Assembly (NCBI GenBank): GCA_036337435.1
Contig: JAYZEG010000056.1
Location: 1-48,043 of the forward strand
DNA from: Myxococcota bacterium
GTDB taxonomy: Bacteria; Myxococcota_A; Bradymonadia; UBA7976; UBA1532
Length of the DNA stretch: 48,043 bases
Direction of reading: 5' to 3'
In this document: one piece after another, positions 11,995-19,989 of the stretch
Numbering within the stretch: the first letter of the stretch is position 1
Layout of the letters: the number at the start of each line of letters is the position of its first letter
The notes under the pieces: model-generated
The model's input: only the letters and a program-made list of their open reading frames with translations
Database searches by the model: none
What the model was told of the DNA's origin: nothing
Position numbers and translations under genes: made by a program

Positions 11995-14900
11995 ATGATG
12001 CGACTTCCCCTGACGGTACTCACATTAATCCTTTGCAGTTGCGCTGCCAAGGATGAGACCATCGCTCATCGAATTCAATTCGATCTAACCCCTTGCTTGG
12101 GTTCCACCGACTCCATGAGTGCCGATGACGAAACCATCTGTGGGCGGGCAAAACTGTCGGCCGCTATGCCATCCGATGAGGGTCCCAATGGGTGCTTGCT
12201 TGCCAAATTTGGAACGGGATCGACTCAGTTTCAACTGATTAAATGGGCCAACAATCGACTGACGCGTGTGGGTGAAAAGACCATCCGGTACGAAACCAAC
12301 TCCGCCCTCAACATACAAATTACGCTATTTAATCGGATCGTTGACGCTGACACGTGTCGTCAACACAGTATCGGCGCGCGATGCGAGGGCCAGTGCGTGA
12401 TTCAGTTGGCGTCTCAAACGCCCGCATCTCGTGGTCGTTTGGTCTCAATTAATTTCGTGAGAGACACCGGCACGGAGGCGACCTGCAGTATCGCTTGGAA
12501 CGAAGACAGCCACCCCCTGCTCAGAGAACAGTGCGACGGGCTTGATAATAACTGTGACGGGCAAATCGACGAATTGGAGTCCTGCTGTACACGGAATTCG
12601 GATTGCCAATCGGACCTATCCGATATGTTCTGCGACGAAATCACGCGCGAATGCGCGGGATGCAAGGCTCACTCTGATTGTTCAAACAAGTTTGAAACAC
12701 GCATTTTCTGTGATCCCACGTCTGGTCGATGTGGTGAATGCGATCCCGAACCGGGGGGTGAACTCAAACATCGCTGCTCACCAGAACAACCTCGCTGTAT
12801 TCGAGACGACGATGGGCGTACGGAGTGTACCTTTTGCGATCCAGCGGCCCCCCTGGGCAACAATGGCTGTCCGTACAGACGGCCTTGCTTCGCGCCTCTC
12901 GATGCGTCCGACTCACCCTATTGCGCACGCTGTTTTCAAAATGACGATTGCCCAGATGGCCTCGAATGTTTACGCCTAACCGCTGAAACCGACCCTTTGA
13001 ATGGGAGCTGCCAAGAGTGTTCACCTGTTCTATCCGGTGCCAGCCCTGCCTGTGTCTTGCGAGGGGATGCGCACTACTGTTCGCCCCTGGGTACCTGTGT
13101 CGAATGCTTGCCTGAGGTGCAGGATGACGCTTGTCCGCAAGACTCACCTTACTGTTTGGAAAGCATGGATGGATCTTTTTCTTGTCAAGCCTGCACAACG
13201 GATTTGGACTGTCGACAGTCGTTATCAACAGCCCCATACTGTGACCCAATTTCGAAACGATGTTTGACCTGCAGGCCAGGAACGCGAGATGGCTGTTCTG
13301 GTGCAACCCCGTTCTGCGATCCGCAGACACTACAATGCCGCGCGTGTGAGTCAGCGGATGAATGCGGATCTGGAGTTTGCCGAGTCCAACCTCAGGACAT
13401 CGATTGCAGGCTGGCTGAAAACTCGAGCAATGCTGCGTGTCTCAGGCTCGGACAATGTACAGACTGTCCTGAGGGTGATGTGGAGACCCCCTGCACTGAG
13501 GCCGAACGACCCATCTGCGTGAGTGAGACCTGTATCGGCTGTCGAGGTCATGAGGATTGCCCAGCAAATGCACCTGTTTGTAACGGCCTTGGGCAATGTA
13601 GCCAATGTCCAAGTCTGATGACTCGACTCGGATACAATGACATCGATGAAACCCTCTATGCCTGCGGCGAAAGCGAAGATAATCCGATTTGTTCTGACGA
13701 CGGCACCTGCCTTCCCTGTTCGACAGATCGAGACTGCCAAGACCGGCCTGGGCAGCGTGATGTATGCATCGATGGCCGCTGCCAAGATTGTCGATTGTAT
13801 GATGGAGAAAACGGCTGCACCGACCCGACCCGTCCGGTCTGCAATCCCGATGGTCTAGAATGTGTACAGTGCGTATCCGACTCTGACTGTGCGCGCGGCA
13901 TGACGTGTAATCAGTTCGTATGTGAAGGCGGGTGTAACCCAGATACTCAGACGGGTTGTCCGAGCTCAGCCCCAGTGTGTACTGCTGATGGTGACTGTGT
14001 ACCCTGTCGCCGACAAGATTGTGACCCTAGACTCGTCGAGACTCCGATTATTGCCCAGCGCTGCGCGACATCGGCTGGCTGTGTGAGTTGCATTGACCCA
14101 AGCACCCCGTCCGACGTCAACCCCCCACCCATGGGTAGCGAGGATGGTGGGTCCGATAGCGATGGGCCGCTGGCGAGACCAGAGAGCCAAGTCTATGGAT
14201 GTGAGCTGGACTCCAATTCGCCTGTCTGTCTGCTGGGACGATGCATTGCATGTCGCAATGACCAAGATTGCGAATCGGTTCCCGGAGCACTTCCTGTGTG
14301 CGCCCCCGACGGATCCTGTGTCCGGTGCGTTCCAGATGACGCAGACGATGACACGGACCGAGGTTGTACAGCAGACAGACCCTTCTGCCAGGAACTGAGT
14401 CGAAGCATCATCTGTGGAGAATGCCTCGACAATCGCCATTGCGGTGATGGCGTTTGTTATTCGGGCCGATGTCAAGAATGCAATGGGAACACCCAAGAAG
14501 GATGTACCCCAGAGAGGCCTATCTGCCGTGCCACCAATGGCCGTGCACGCTGCGAAGGGTGTCGTGAAAACTCGGAATGTCGAAAATTGGAGTGCCGTGC
14601 AGGCCGAATTGAAGAGTGCCAGTCCGTGGCCGTCTGCGACCCATTTTTGAACGTATGTAGGCAATGTACGGATGGCGGGTTATGTGCCGATGGGCGACCC
14701 TGCCGGGACGGGGTTTGTATCAACTGTCGAGAAGACGCTGAATGTGCAGAATTCGACGGGTTCCGATGCGATCGGGAGACAGGTTCATGTGTTGGCCCTA
14801 TTTGTCGCAGCGGTCGCGACTGTCAGCAATATTTCACCTGTCGCGATCAACAATGCTCGGTCTGTCAGCTCAATCAATTATGCGACGATGGCCGGGTCTG

Positions 14901-15024
14901 CGTGCAGTTGGAACGAGTCGGCTTTATGCCCGAGTGTCTCGCCTGCGATACATTCGCCGGGACGCGCTGCCCAGACGGTTATGGATGTTCAGACATGAAT
15001 CTCTGTGTGAGATTACGGCCTTGA
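11995..15024 (+). CDS. Large Cys-rich repeat lipoprotein
   Basis: Start re-assigned to ATG 11995/11998, just after the upstream stop; lipobox LCSC; one EQCDGLDNNCDGQIDE motif followed by many CxxC...DC...PxC...GxC repeats. Confidence 0.85.
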   Translation: MMRLPLTVLTLILCSCAAKDETIAHRIQFDLTPCLGSTDSMSADDETICGRAKLSAAMPSDEGPNGCLLAKFGTGSTQFQLIKWANNRLTRVGEKTIRYETNSALNIQITLFNRIVDADTCRQHSIGARCEGQCVIQLASQTPASRGRLVSINFVRDTGTEATCSIAWNEDSHPLLREQCDGLDNNCDGQIDELESCCTRNSDCQSDLSDMFCDEITRECAGCKAHSDCSNKFETRIFCDPTSGRCGECDPEPGGELKHRCSPEQPRCIRDDDGRTECTFCDPAAPLGNNGCPYRRPCFAPLDASDSPYCARCFQNDDCPDGLECLRLTAETDPLNGSCQECSPVLSGASPACVLRGDAHYCSPLGTCVECLPEVQDDACPQDSPYCLESMDGSFSCQACTTDLDCRQSLSTAPYCDPISKRCLTCRPGTRDGCSGATPFCDPQTLQCRACESADECGSGVCRVQPQDIDCRLAENSSNAACLRLGQCTDCPEGDVETPCTEAERPICVSETCIGCRGHEDCPANAPVCNGLGQCSQCPSLMTRLGYNDIDETLYACGESEDNPICSDDGTCLPCSTDRDCQDRPGQRDVCIDGRCQDCRLYDGENGCTDPTRPVCNPDGLECVQCVSDSDCARGMTCNQFVCEGGCNPDTQTGCPSSAPVCTADGDCVPCRRQDCDPRLVETPIIAQRCATSAGCVSCIDPSTPSDVNPPPMGSEDGGSDSDGPLARPESQVYGCELDSNSPVCLLGRCIACRNDQDCESVPGALPVCAPDGSCVRCVPDDADDDTDRGCTADRPFCQELSRSIICGECLDNRHCGDGVCYSGRCQECNGNTQEGCTPERPICRATNGRARCEGCRENSECRKLECRAGRIEECQSVAVCDPFLNVCRQCTDGGLCADGRPCRDGVCINCREDAECAEFDGFRCDRETGSCVGPICRSGRDCQQYFTCRDQQCSVCQLNQLCDDGRVCVQLERVGFMPECLACDTFAGTRCPDGYGCSDMNLCVRLRP

Positions 15025-15102
15025 GGATCGGCTGGCCGATCGGTCAAAATGGTGCATGAATCGTTCTGGTCACTTGGGCTGGACTAAAGGAGTCGGCAAG
15101 GC

Positions 15103-15753
15103 ATGGATGGCATCCATTCGAAAAAACATGAGTTGCATCACGTCGTCGAGTCTGAAGTGAGAAAGGTGCTGCGTGAGTTGCCTCCGGGTGCTTATGAGCC
15201 GGGTGAACTTCTCAACTACGGATATATTGGTTTACTCGAAGCCGAAAAACGCTTCGACCCGACTTTGGGAACGCCCCTCGATGCCTTTGCCCGTTTTCGG
15301 ATTCGTGGGGCAATACTCGATGGGCTTCGAACCGGATTGGGCCGATTCGGACGCAGTCATTATCAACGCCTTCGCCGAGATTACATAGCCCATAAAAAAG
15401 AAAACGGCGATTGCACCGTCACACAGGCCGACGTGACCTTTCGAGAGATTGATCGATACGCCGAGACTCTGCTTAAAAACCATCCGGTCATGCCCAGTCC
15501 AAACAATGCTGAAGATGCCCTCGCCTGGGGGCAAGAACTCGCGGTTATGCGACAAGCGATCGAAGAGTTGAATACAAAGGAACGACGGGTCATTCGCGCG
15601 GTCTATGACCTGAGCCTACGTGACGATTCTGGGGCAAAATTGGCTGAGCGATTAGGGATTCACCGCTCACAGATCAGTCGGAAACACCATGCCGTGATTT
15701 CTCGCCTCAGGGCAGTCATGCGCCGGATCCGACGAAAGACGATCGATCCGTAA
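15103..15753 (+). CDS. FliA/WhiG-like (group 3) sigma-70 factor with a shortened region 3
   Basis: Region 2 GYIGLLEAEKRFDP...FARFRIRGAILDGLR; region 4 LNTKERRVIRAVY...LAERLGIHRSQISRKH; AAGGAG SD. Confidence 0.88.
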   Translation: MDGIHSKKHELHHVVESEVRKVLRELPPGAYEPGELLNYGYIGLLEAEKRFDPTLGTPLDAFARFRIRGAILDGLRTGLGRFGRSHYQRLRRDYIAHKKENGDCTVTQADVTFREIDRYAETLLKNHPVMPSPNNAEDALAWGQELAVMRQAIEELNTKERRVIRAVYDLSLRDDSGAKLAERLGIHRSQISRKHHAVISRLRAVMRRIRRKTIDP

Positions 15754-15858
15754 TCTGAAGTCATCGCAGTGTCTGTTCAATTGACTGCGTGCGCTGTCTA
15801 CTGTCAATGAATATGCCAACACGTCCATCTTGGCCCGTTCGGATGGGGGCCGGGTGGT

Positions 15859-16899
15859 TTACGCCAGTGCAGACACTGGGCCCGAAACCATGAGTCGGCC
15901 AAGTTGGCCGGGGGCCAGCGCAACGATAGATGGGATCCAGACCGTGCCAAAGTCTGCTGATATCTTGACCTTGAACCCCGGACCAACGAACTGGCAATCG
16001 ACAACCGTAATGGCACCTCCGGGTTCAGCGTCGAATTGACATTGCTCATTTCGAATCAGCACGGTGACAGATCCCGTTTCCGGTTTGCGGAGCGAAAGGC
16101 TACCCAAGGCCGTTGAGACAAAATCGCCTTGGGCAACGCCACTTAGCGTGAATACCGGTCCTGTCAGCTCGGCAACCTGACGTGACTCGGGCTCGTTGAA
16201 AACCTGTTCTGGAGGCCCCGACTGCATGATAGTCGCAGCCCCACCGCTCTGAACACTGCCCAAGCAAATCAAGCTATCAGACAAGGCAAAGGCTTCGCGC
16301 CGATCGTGTGTGACCAATACAGCACCGATGGATTCTGCTCTGAGGGTCTGTCGCATTGTCTCGCCCAGTTCCAGTCGCATCTGCGCATCCAGATTTGCAA
16401 AGGGTTCGTCCAACAAGAGCGCCACTGGTTTAGGGGCGATTGCGCGCGCCAAAGCAACCCGTTGTTTCTGTCCACCGGACAGGGAATTAGGACGACGGCC
16501 ACCGAAGCCATCTAAGCCAACAAACGCCAGTAACTGCTGGACTCGAGCTGTCCTATCAGGGTCGCGGTGGATTCCATATTCAATATTTTCTGCGACACTC
16601 ATATGAGGAAATAAGGCAAAATCTTGGAACATTAACCCGATTCGTCGTCGCTCGGCTGCGATTCGCTCAAATCCTGACTGCACAACAGTGCTGCCACCCA
16701 CTTGGATTGCACCAGCCGTTGGCGTGACAAAGCCAGCAATGGCACGCAAGACCGTGGTCTTCCCTGATCCCGATGCACCCAGGATACCAACAATTTCCCC
16801 GGGTCGAACGGAGAAACTCACATGCTCAACAACATCATCCTGTCCATAGCGATGCCCAAGGTTGTCCACAACAATGATGGGGTCAAGCGGTGTCATCAC
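15859..16899 (-). CDS. fbpC: Fe3+ ABC transporter ATP-binding subunit
   Basis: Walker A GASGSGKT, FQDFALFPH, LSGGQKQR, LLLDEPF; overlaps the permease stop. Confidence 0.88.
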   Translation of the reverse strand: MMTPLDPIIVVDNLGHRYGQDDVVEHVSFSVRPGEIVGILGASGSGKTTVLRAIAGFVTPTAGAIQVGGSTVVQSGFERIAAERRRIGLMFQDFALFPHMSVAENIEYGIHRDPDRTARVQQLLAFVGLDGFGGRRPNSLSGGQKQRVALARAIAPKPVALLLDEPFANLDAQMRLELGETMRQTLRAESIGAVLVTHDRREAFALSDSLICLGSVQSGGAATIMQSGPPEQVFNEPESRQVAELTGPVFTLSGVAQGDFVSTALGSLSLRKPETGSVTVLIRNEQCQFDAEPGGAITVVDCQFVGPGFKVKISADFGTVWIPSIVALAPGQLGRLMVSGPVSALA

Positions 16900-18463
16900 G
16901 GCTCCATCGGGTAATCAATACCTGCAGGGTAAACGCCATCACCAACAAAGTCATGCCTGCTAAACCAACGTCCGGCAGGGACCCCTCTTGCTGCCCATCG
17001 AAGATGCGGTATGACAAGGTGGTATAGCCCAATGGAATCAACATGAGGGTGATGGGTAATTCCTTGGCAATACTTAGAAAAAGGAGTGCATAGGCGGCCA
17101 AAAAGCTCGGTTTCAGCGATGGCAGAACCACTCGCTGAATCCACCTCGCGCGCGTGCTACCAAGGCTTCGGGCGGCTTCTATCTGTGACTGATCGAGACG
17201 CAAAATGCCCGGATAAATCGCTGCATAGCCTTGAGATAAAAACCGCATGATGTACCCCGCTAAAAGAAACAAACCGAGTCCCTCCAACCAAGGCCATGCA
17301 TCATGTGGAATCTGGCGTTTCAAACCCACGATCAGTTTCAGGATGCCGACGGCCACTAAAATCCCCGGCAGACTGCTGGTCAAATAAACAGCATTCTCTA
17401 TCCACGCTGCTGTCCGTGGTCGGACGACATGGGCGAGGTAAGCGACGATTGCAGATGCGACGACCGCTACCAAAGCACTCAGACCTGCGATGATGAATGT
17501 CGTCATTCCCGGTGCCAAAACCGGCGAGAAGTCCACTTGGTTGACCAGACCGCTTCGGATCCATTTGAGTAACGATACGAAGGGCAAGATGACGCCGAGA
17601 CCAATAACCATGCCATGCAAAACAAGCGTCAGTGTGAGCAAACCAGGAGACATCGGCTTTCTGTCGACTCGTCGATGGACCTGAGTTCGCTCCTCGAAGC
17701 GTTCACTTTTCAGCAGGCGAACGGCCCCGAGCAATGGGAGAACAACCAGTAACAAACCAAATGCGAGTGCCACAGCTTCGCGTCCGTCGCGAGCCTTGTA
17801 GAGCTCCCAGGTCAAGACCTCGCAATCGAGTATTGCGACCGCACCAAAGTCACTGACCACATAGAGGCCGACGAGGACGAGTGCAAATGCCCACGTCGGT
17901 CTTAGGCGCGGCGCGATCACGGTTTTTAAGACGCGTGCTGACGTAGCACCCAGGCTGCGCGCAGCTTCCTCTTCTGCACTGGGGCAACGGCGAAGTGCTG
18001 CAGCCGCCAATAAATGTACATAGGGCGTACATGCAACGGTCAAAACCAGAACCGATGGCCAAAAGCCTGTGAACGTTCCCTCAAGTCCAAAAACGCGTCC
18101 AAAAATACCCGCCGGGGCAAATTCTTCTCGCACGATTGTGGCAATGAGATAACTGGGCGTCGCTAAGGCGAGAATCGATAAAAACGAGAGGATGCGACGT
18201 CCATGGTAATGCAAGCGCGTCTCACACCAAGCAAACCAAGTGCCGATGACAAGACTGAAACAGCTCACTAAAAAGCTCAATGCGAGACTCTTGAGCAGAA
18301 GCGGCCACACACGACCAAATGTCAGCTCGGGTGCCCCGAATAGTCCAGGTGGCTCACGATAGGCAAGGAACAACCCAACGAGGGGTAGGAGCACACCCAA
18401 TATGATGAGACTTCCCAAGCCCCATAACCATAAGGGGCCAGACCTATCGCGACCGACGTGCAA
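16883..18463 (-). CDS. fbpB: Fe3+ ABC transporter permease (duplicated TM domain)
   Basis: Multiple TM helices and two EAA loops (EEAARSLGA, IEAARSLGS); DFGAV and KELPITL motifs. Confidence 0.9.
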   Translation of the reverse strand: MHVGRDRSGPLWLWGLGSLIILGVLLPLVGLFLAYREPPGLFGAPELTFGRVWPLLLKSLALSFLVSCFSLVIGTWFAWCETRLHYHGRRILSFLSILALATPSYLIATIVREEFAPAGIFGRVFGLEGTFTGFWPSVLVLTVACTPYVHLLAAAALRRCPSAEEEAARSLGATSARVLKTVIAPRLRPTWAFALVLVGLYVVSDFGAVAILDCEVLTWELYKARDGREAVALAFGLLLVVLPLLGAVRLLKSERFEERTQVHRRVDRKPMSPGLLTLTLVLHGMVIGLGVILPFVSLLKWIRSGLVNQVDFSPVLAPGMTTFIIAGLSALVAVVASAIVAYLAHVVRPRTAAWIENAVYLTSSLPGILVAVGILKLIVGLKRQIPHDAWPWLEGLGLFLLAGYIMRFLSQGYAAIYPGILRLDQSQIEAARSLGSTRARWIQRVVLPSLKPSFLAAYALLFLSIAKELPITLMLIPLGYTTLSYRIFDGQQEGSLPDVGLAGMTLLVMAFTLQVLITRWSRDDTA

Positions 18464-18472
18464 GTCAAATCC

Positions 18473-19540
18473 CTACTGTAGACCAAGCTGTCGAAGAAGT
18501 TTCACGGTCCCAACGACATCAGACAAGGCTGATTTTTCAACGGCGGCCCAGCCCCCGGTCTTCGGCGGGACATCTTGGTGTGTTTTGATCCCAGAGACCG
18601 TTGGATACTCGTACACCTTTTGGGCAAAATAGGTCTGGGCTTCGTCGGAGAGCAGAAATTGCACAAGTGCCAACGCCGATTCCGTATTCTTTGAGTATGC
18701 CGTTACTGCGACCCCACTCAACATGAGCAAGTTGCCTGCATCGGTCTGCTCGCGAAACGAATAGTTGGCTGCTTTCAAGCTTGGGTTGGCCGCTTTCAAG
18801 CGATGCAAGTAGTAGTGGTTTACCCATCCGATATCGATTTCACCGTTCGACACCGCTTTGACCTGGGGGGAATTCTTGGGATAGACCTTCGGTTCGATCG
18901 TTCTCATTTTCTCAAGCCAAGCTTGGGTCTTTTTCTCCCCCCAAAGTGACCTCAAACCACTTACATGCGCTTGGAAACTCGAGTTGCTTGGTGCCCACCC
19001 CAAGCGACCCTTCCACTTTTCGTCAGCAAGCCCCTCTAAGCCGTTCGGCAGTTCTTCGATTTTAACTCGGTCCGGACTGTAGACGAGAACGCGTGCACGG
19101 CCACTTGTCGCGATCCATCTGCCATTTTTGTCTCGATAGGTCTCCGACACCCTGTCGAGCACACTTTTTGGCAATACGGTGAGGTGACCTGCCTTCGCCA
19201 ATGCGCCGAGGTACCCGGAATCCTGGGCAAAGAACACATCTGCTTCACCCACCGCCCCTTCGCTGGCAATTCGATTGGCGAGCGTTTGCGTGCTCTTGTC
19301 GAATCGCACGCTCACCTGGATGCCGGTTTTCGTCTCAAATACTTTGAACAGGGGCTCGACTAACTTGGCACTTCGACCCGAATACACAACCAGCTTTGGC
19401 GCCGACCTGTCGACCGACTTCGGCTGCGCTTTTTCGGCGGCATTCTTGGAGTCGATTTTGGCTGCTTTATTGGGCACTTCGCCGCGGCACCCTACCAGAC
19501 CCAACAGGATCATTAGCGATGCGGTCAGACTACGATTCAT
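18473..19540 (-). CDS. fbpA: Fe3+ ABC transporter substrate-binding lipoprotein (FbpA/FutA type)
   Basis: Lipobox LVGC, LVVYSGR, and NHYYL carrying the tandem Tyr iron ligands. Confidence 0.9.
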   Translation of the reverse strand: MNRSLTASLMILLGLVGCRGEVPNKAAKIDSKNAAEKAQPKSVDRSAPKLVVYSGRSAKLVEPLFKVFETKTGIQVSVRFDKSTQTLANRIASEGAVGEADVFFAQDSGYLGALAKAGHLTVLPKSVLDRVSETYRDKNGRWIATSGRARVLVYSPDRVKIEELPNGLEGLADEKWKGRLGWAPSNSSFQAHVSGLRSLWGEKKTQAWLEKMRTIEPKVYPKNSPQVKAVSNGEIDIGWVNHYYLHRLKAANPSLKAANYSFREQTDAGNLLMLSGVAVTAYSKNTESALALVQFLLSDEAQTYFAQKVYEYPTVSGIKTHQDVPPKTGGWAAVEKSALSDVVGTVKLLRQLGLQ

Positions 19541-19641
19541 GAATGAATTTCCTTAAACGACATTTTTATTTGGTCGGCCCTCGACTATGGACCCAACCAA
19601 GTGACTCTTCGTCAATATATCTGACAGCACCATCTGTCCAT

Positions 19642-19967
19642 TAGTATTCTCACCTAGGGCCACGAGCCCATCGATGGTCAAGTCTCGGACTGCGCCGGCT
19701 TAGCCCTGATTGGCCGGGGGTTCACAAAAATCCGGCACCAGGTTCAACAGGGGCCGTCTAGGTCCTCGAAACGAGTGACGGGGAGAGCACGAACGGCACT
19801 CGGTTGCGGCCTCAGCAAATTTTACCCTCCACAACCCTTTGTAAACATTAACGATTTAAAAGTTCGAAAAGACCATTCCATTTCTTTTTCTTTAAATGCT
19901 CGATCTACAGCTCATTTTGCTGTAGGATCCGCCAACTTTTCGCGCTGATTTTCATTTGAGAATACTA
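19642..19967. promoter_or_regulatory. Identical 11-mer TGAGAATACTA upstream of both divergent genes (19642-19652 on minus, 19957-19967 on plus)
   Basis: Exact inverted copies seen in the sequence; resembles a Fur-type half-site (TGAgAAT). Function is inferred only. Confidence 0.35.
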
Positions 19968-19989
19968 GATTTAACGCAGGAGACTGACC

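Noticed and set aside
15103..15753. Naming the sigma factor fliA
   Set aside because: Region 3 is shortened and there is no flagellar context, so orthology is not supported.
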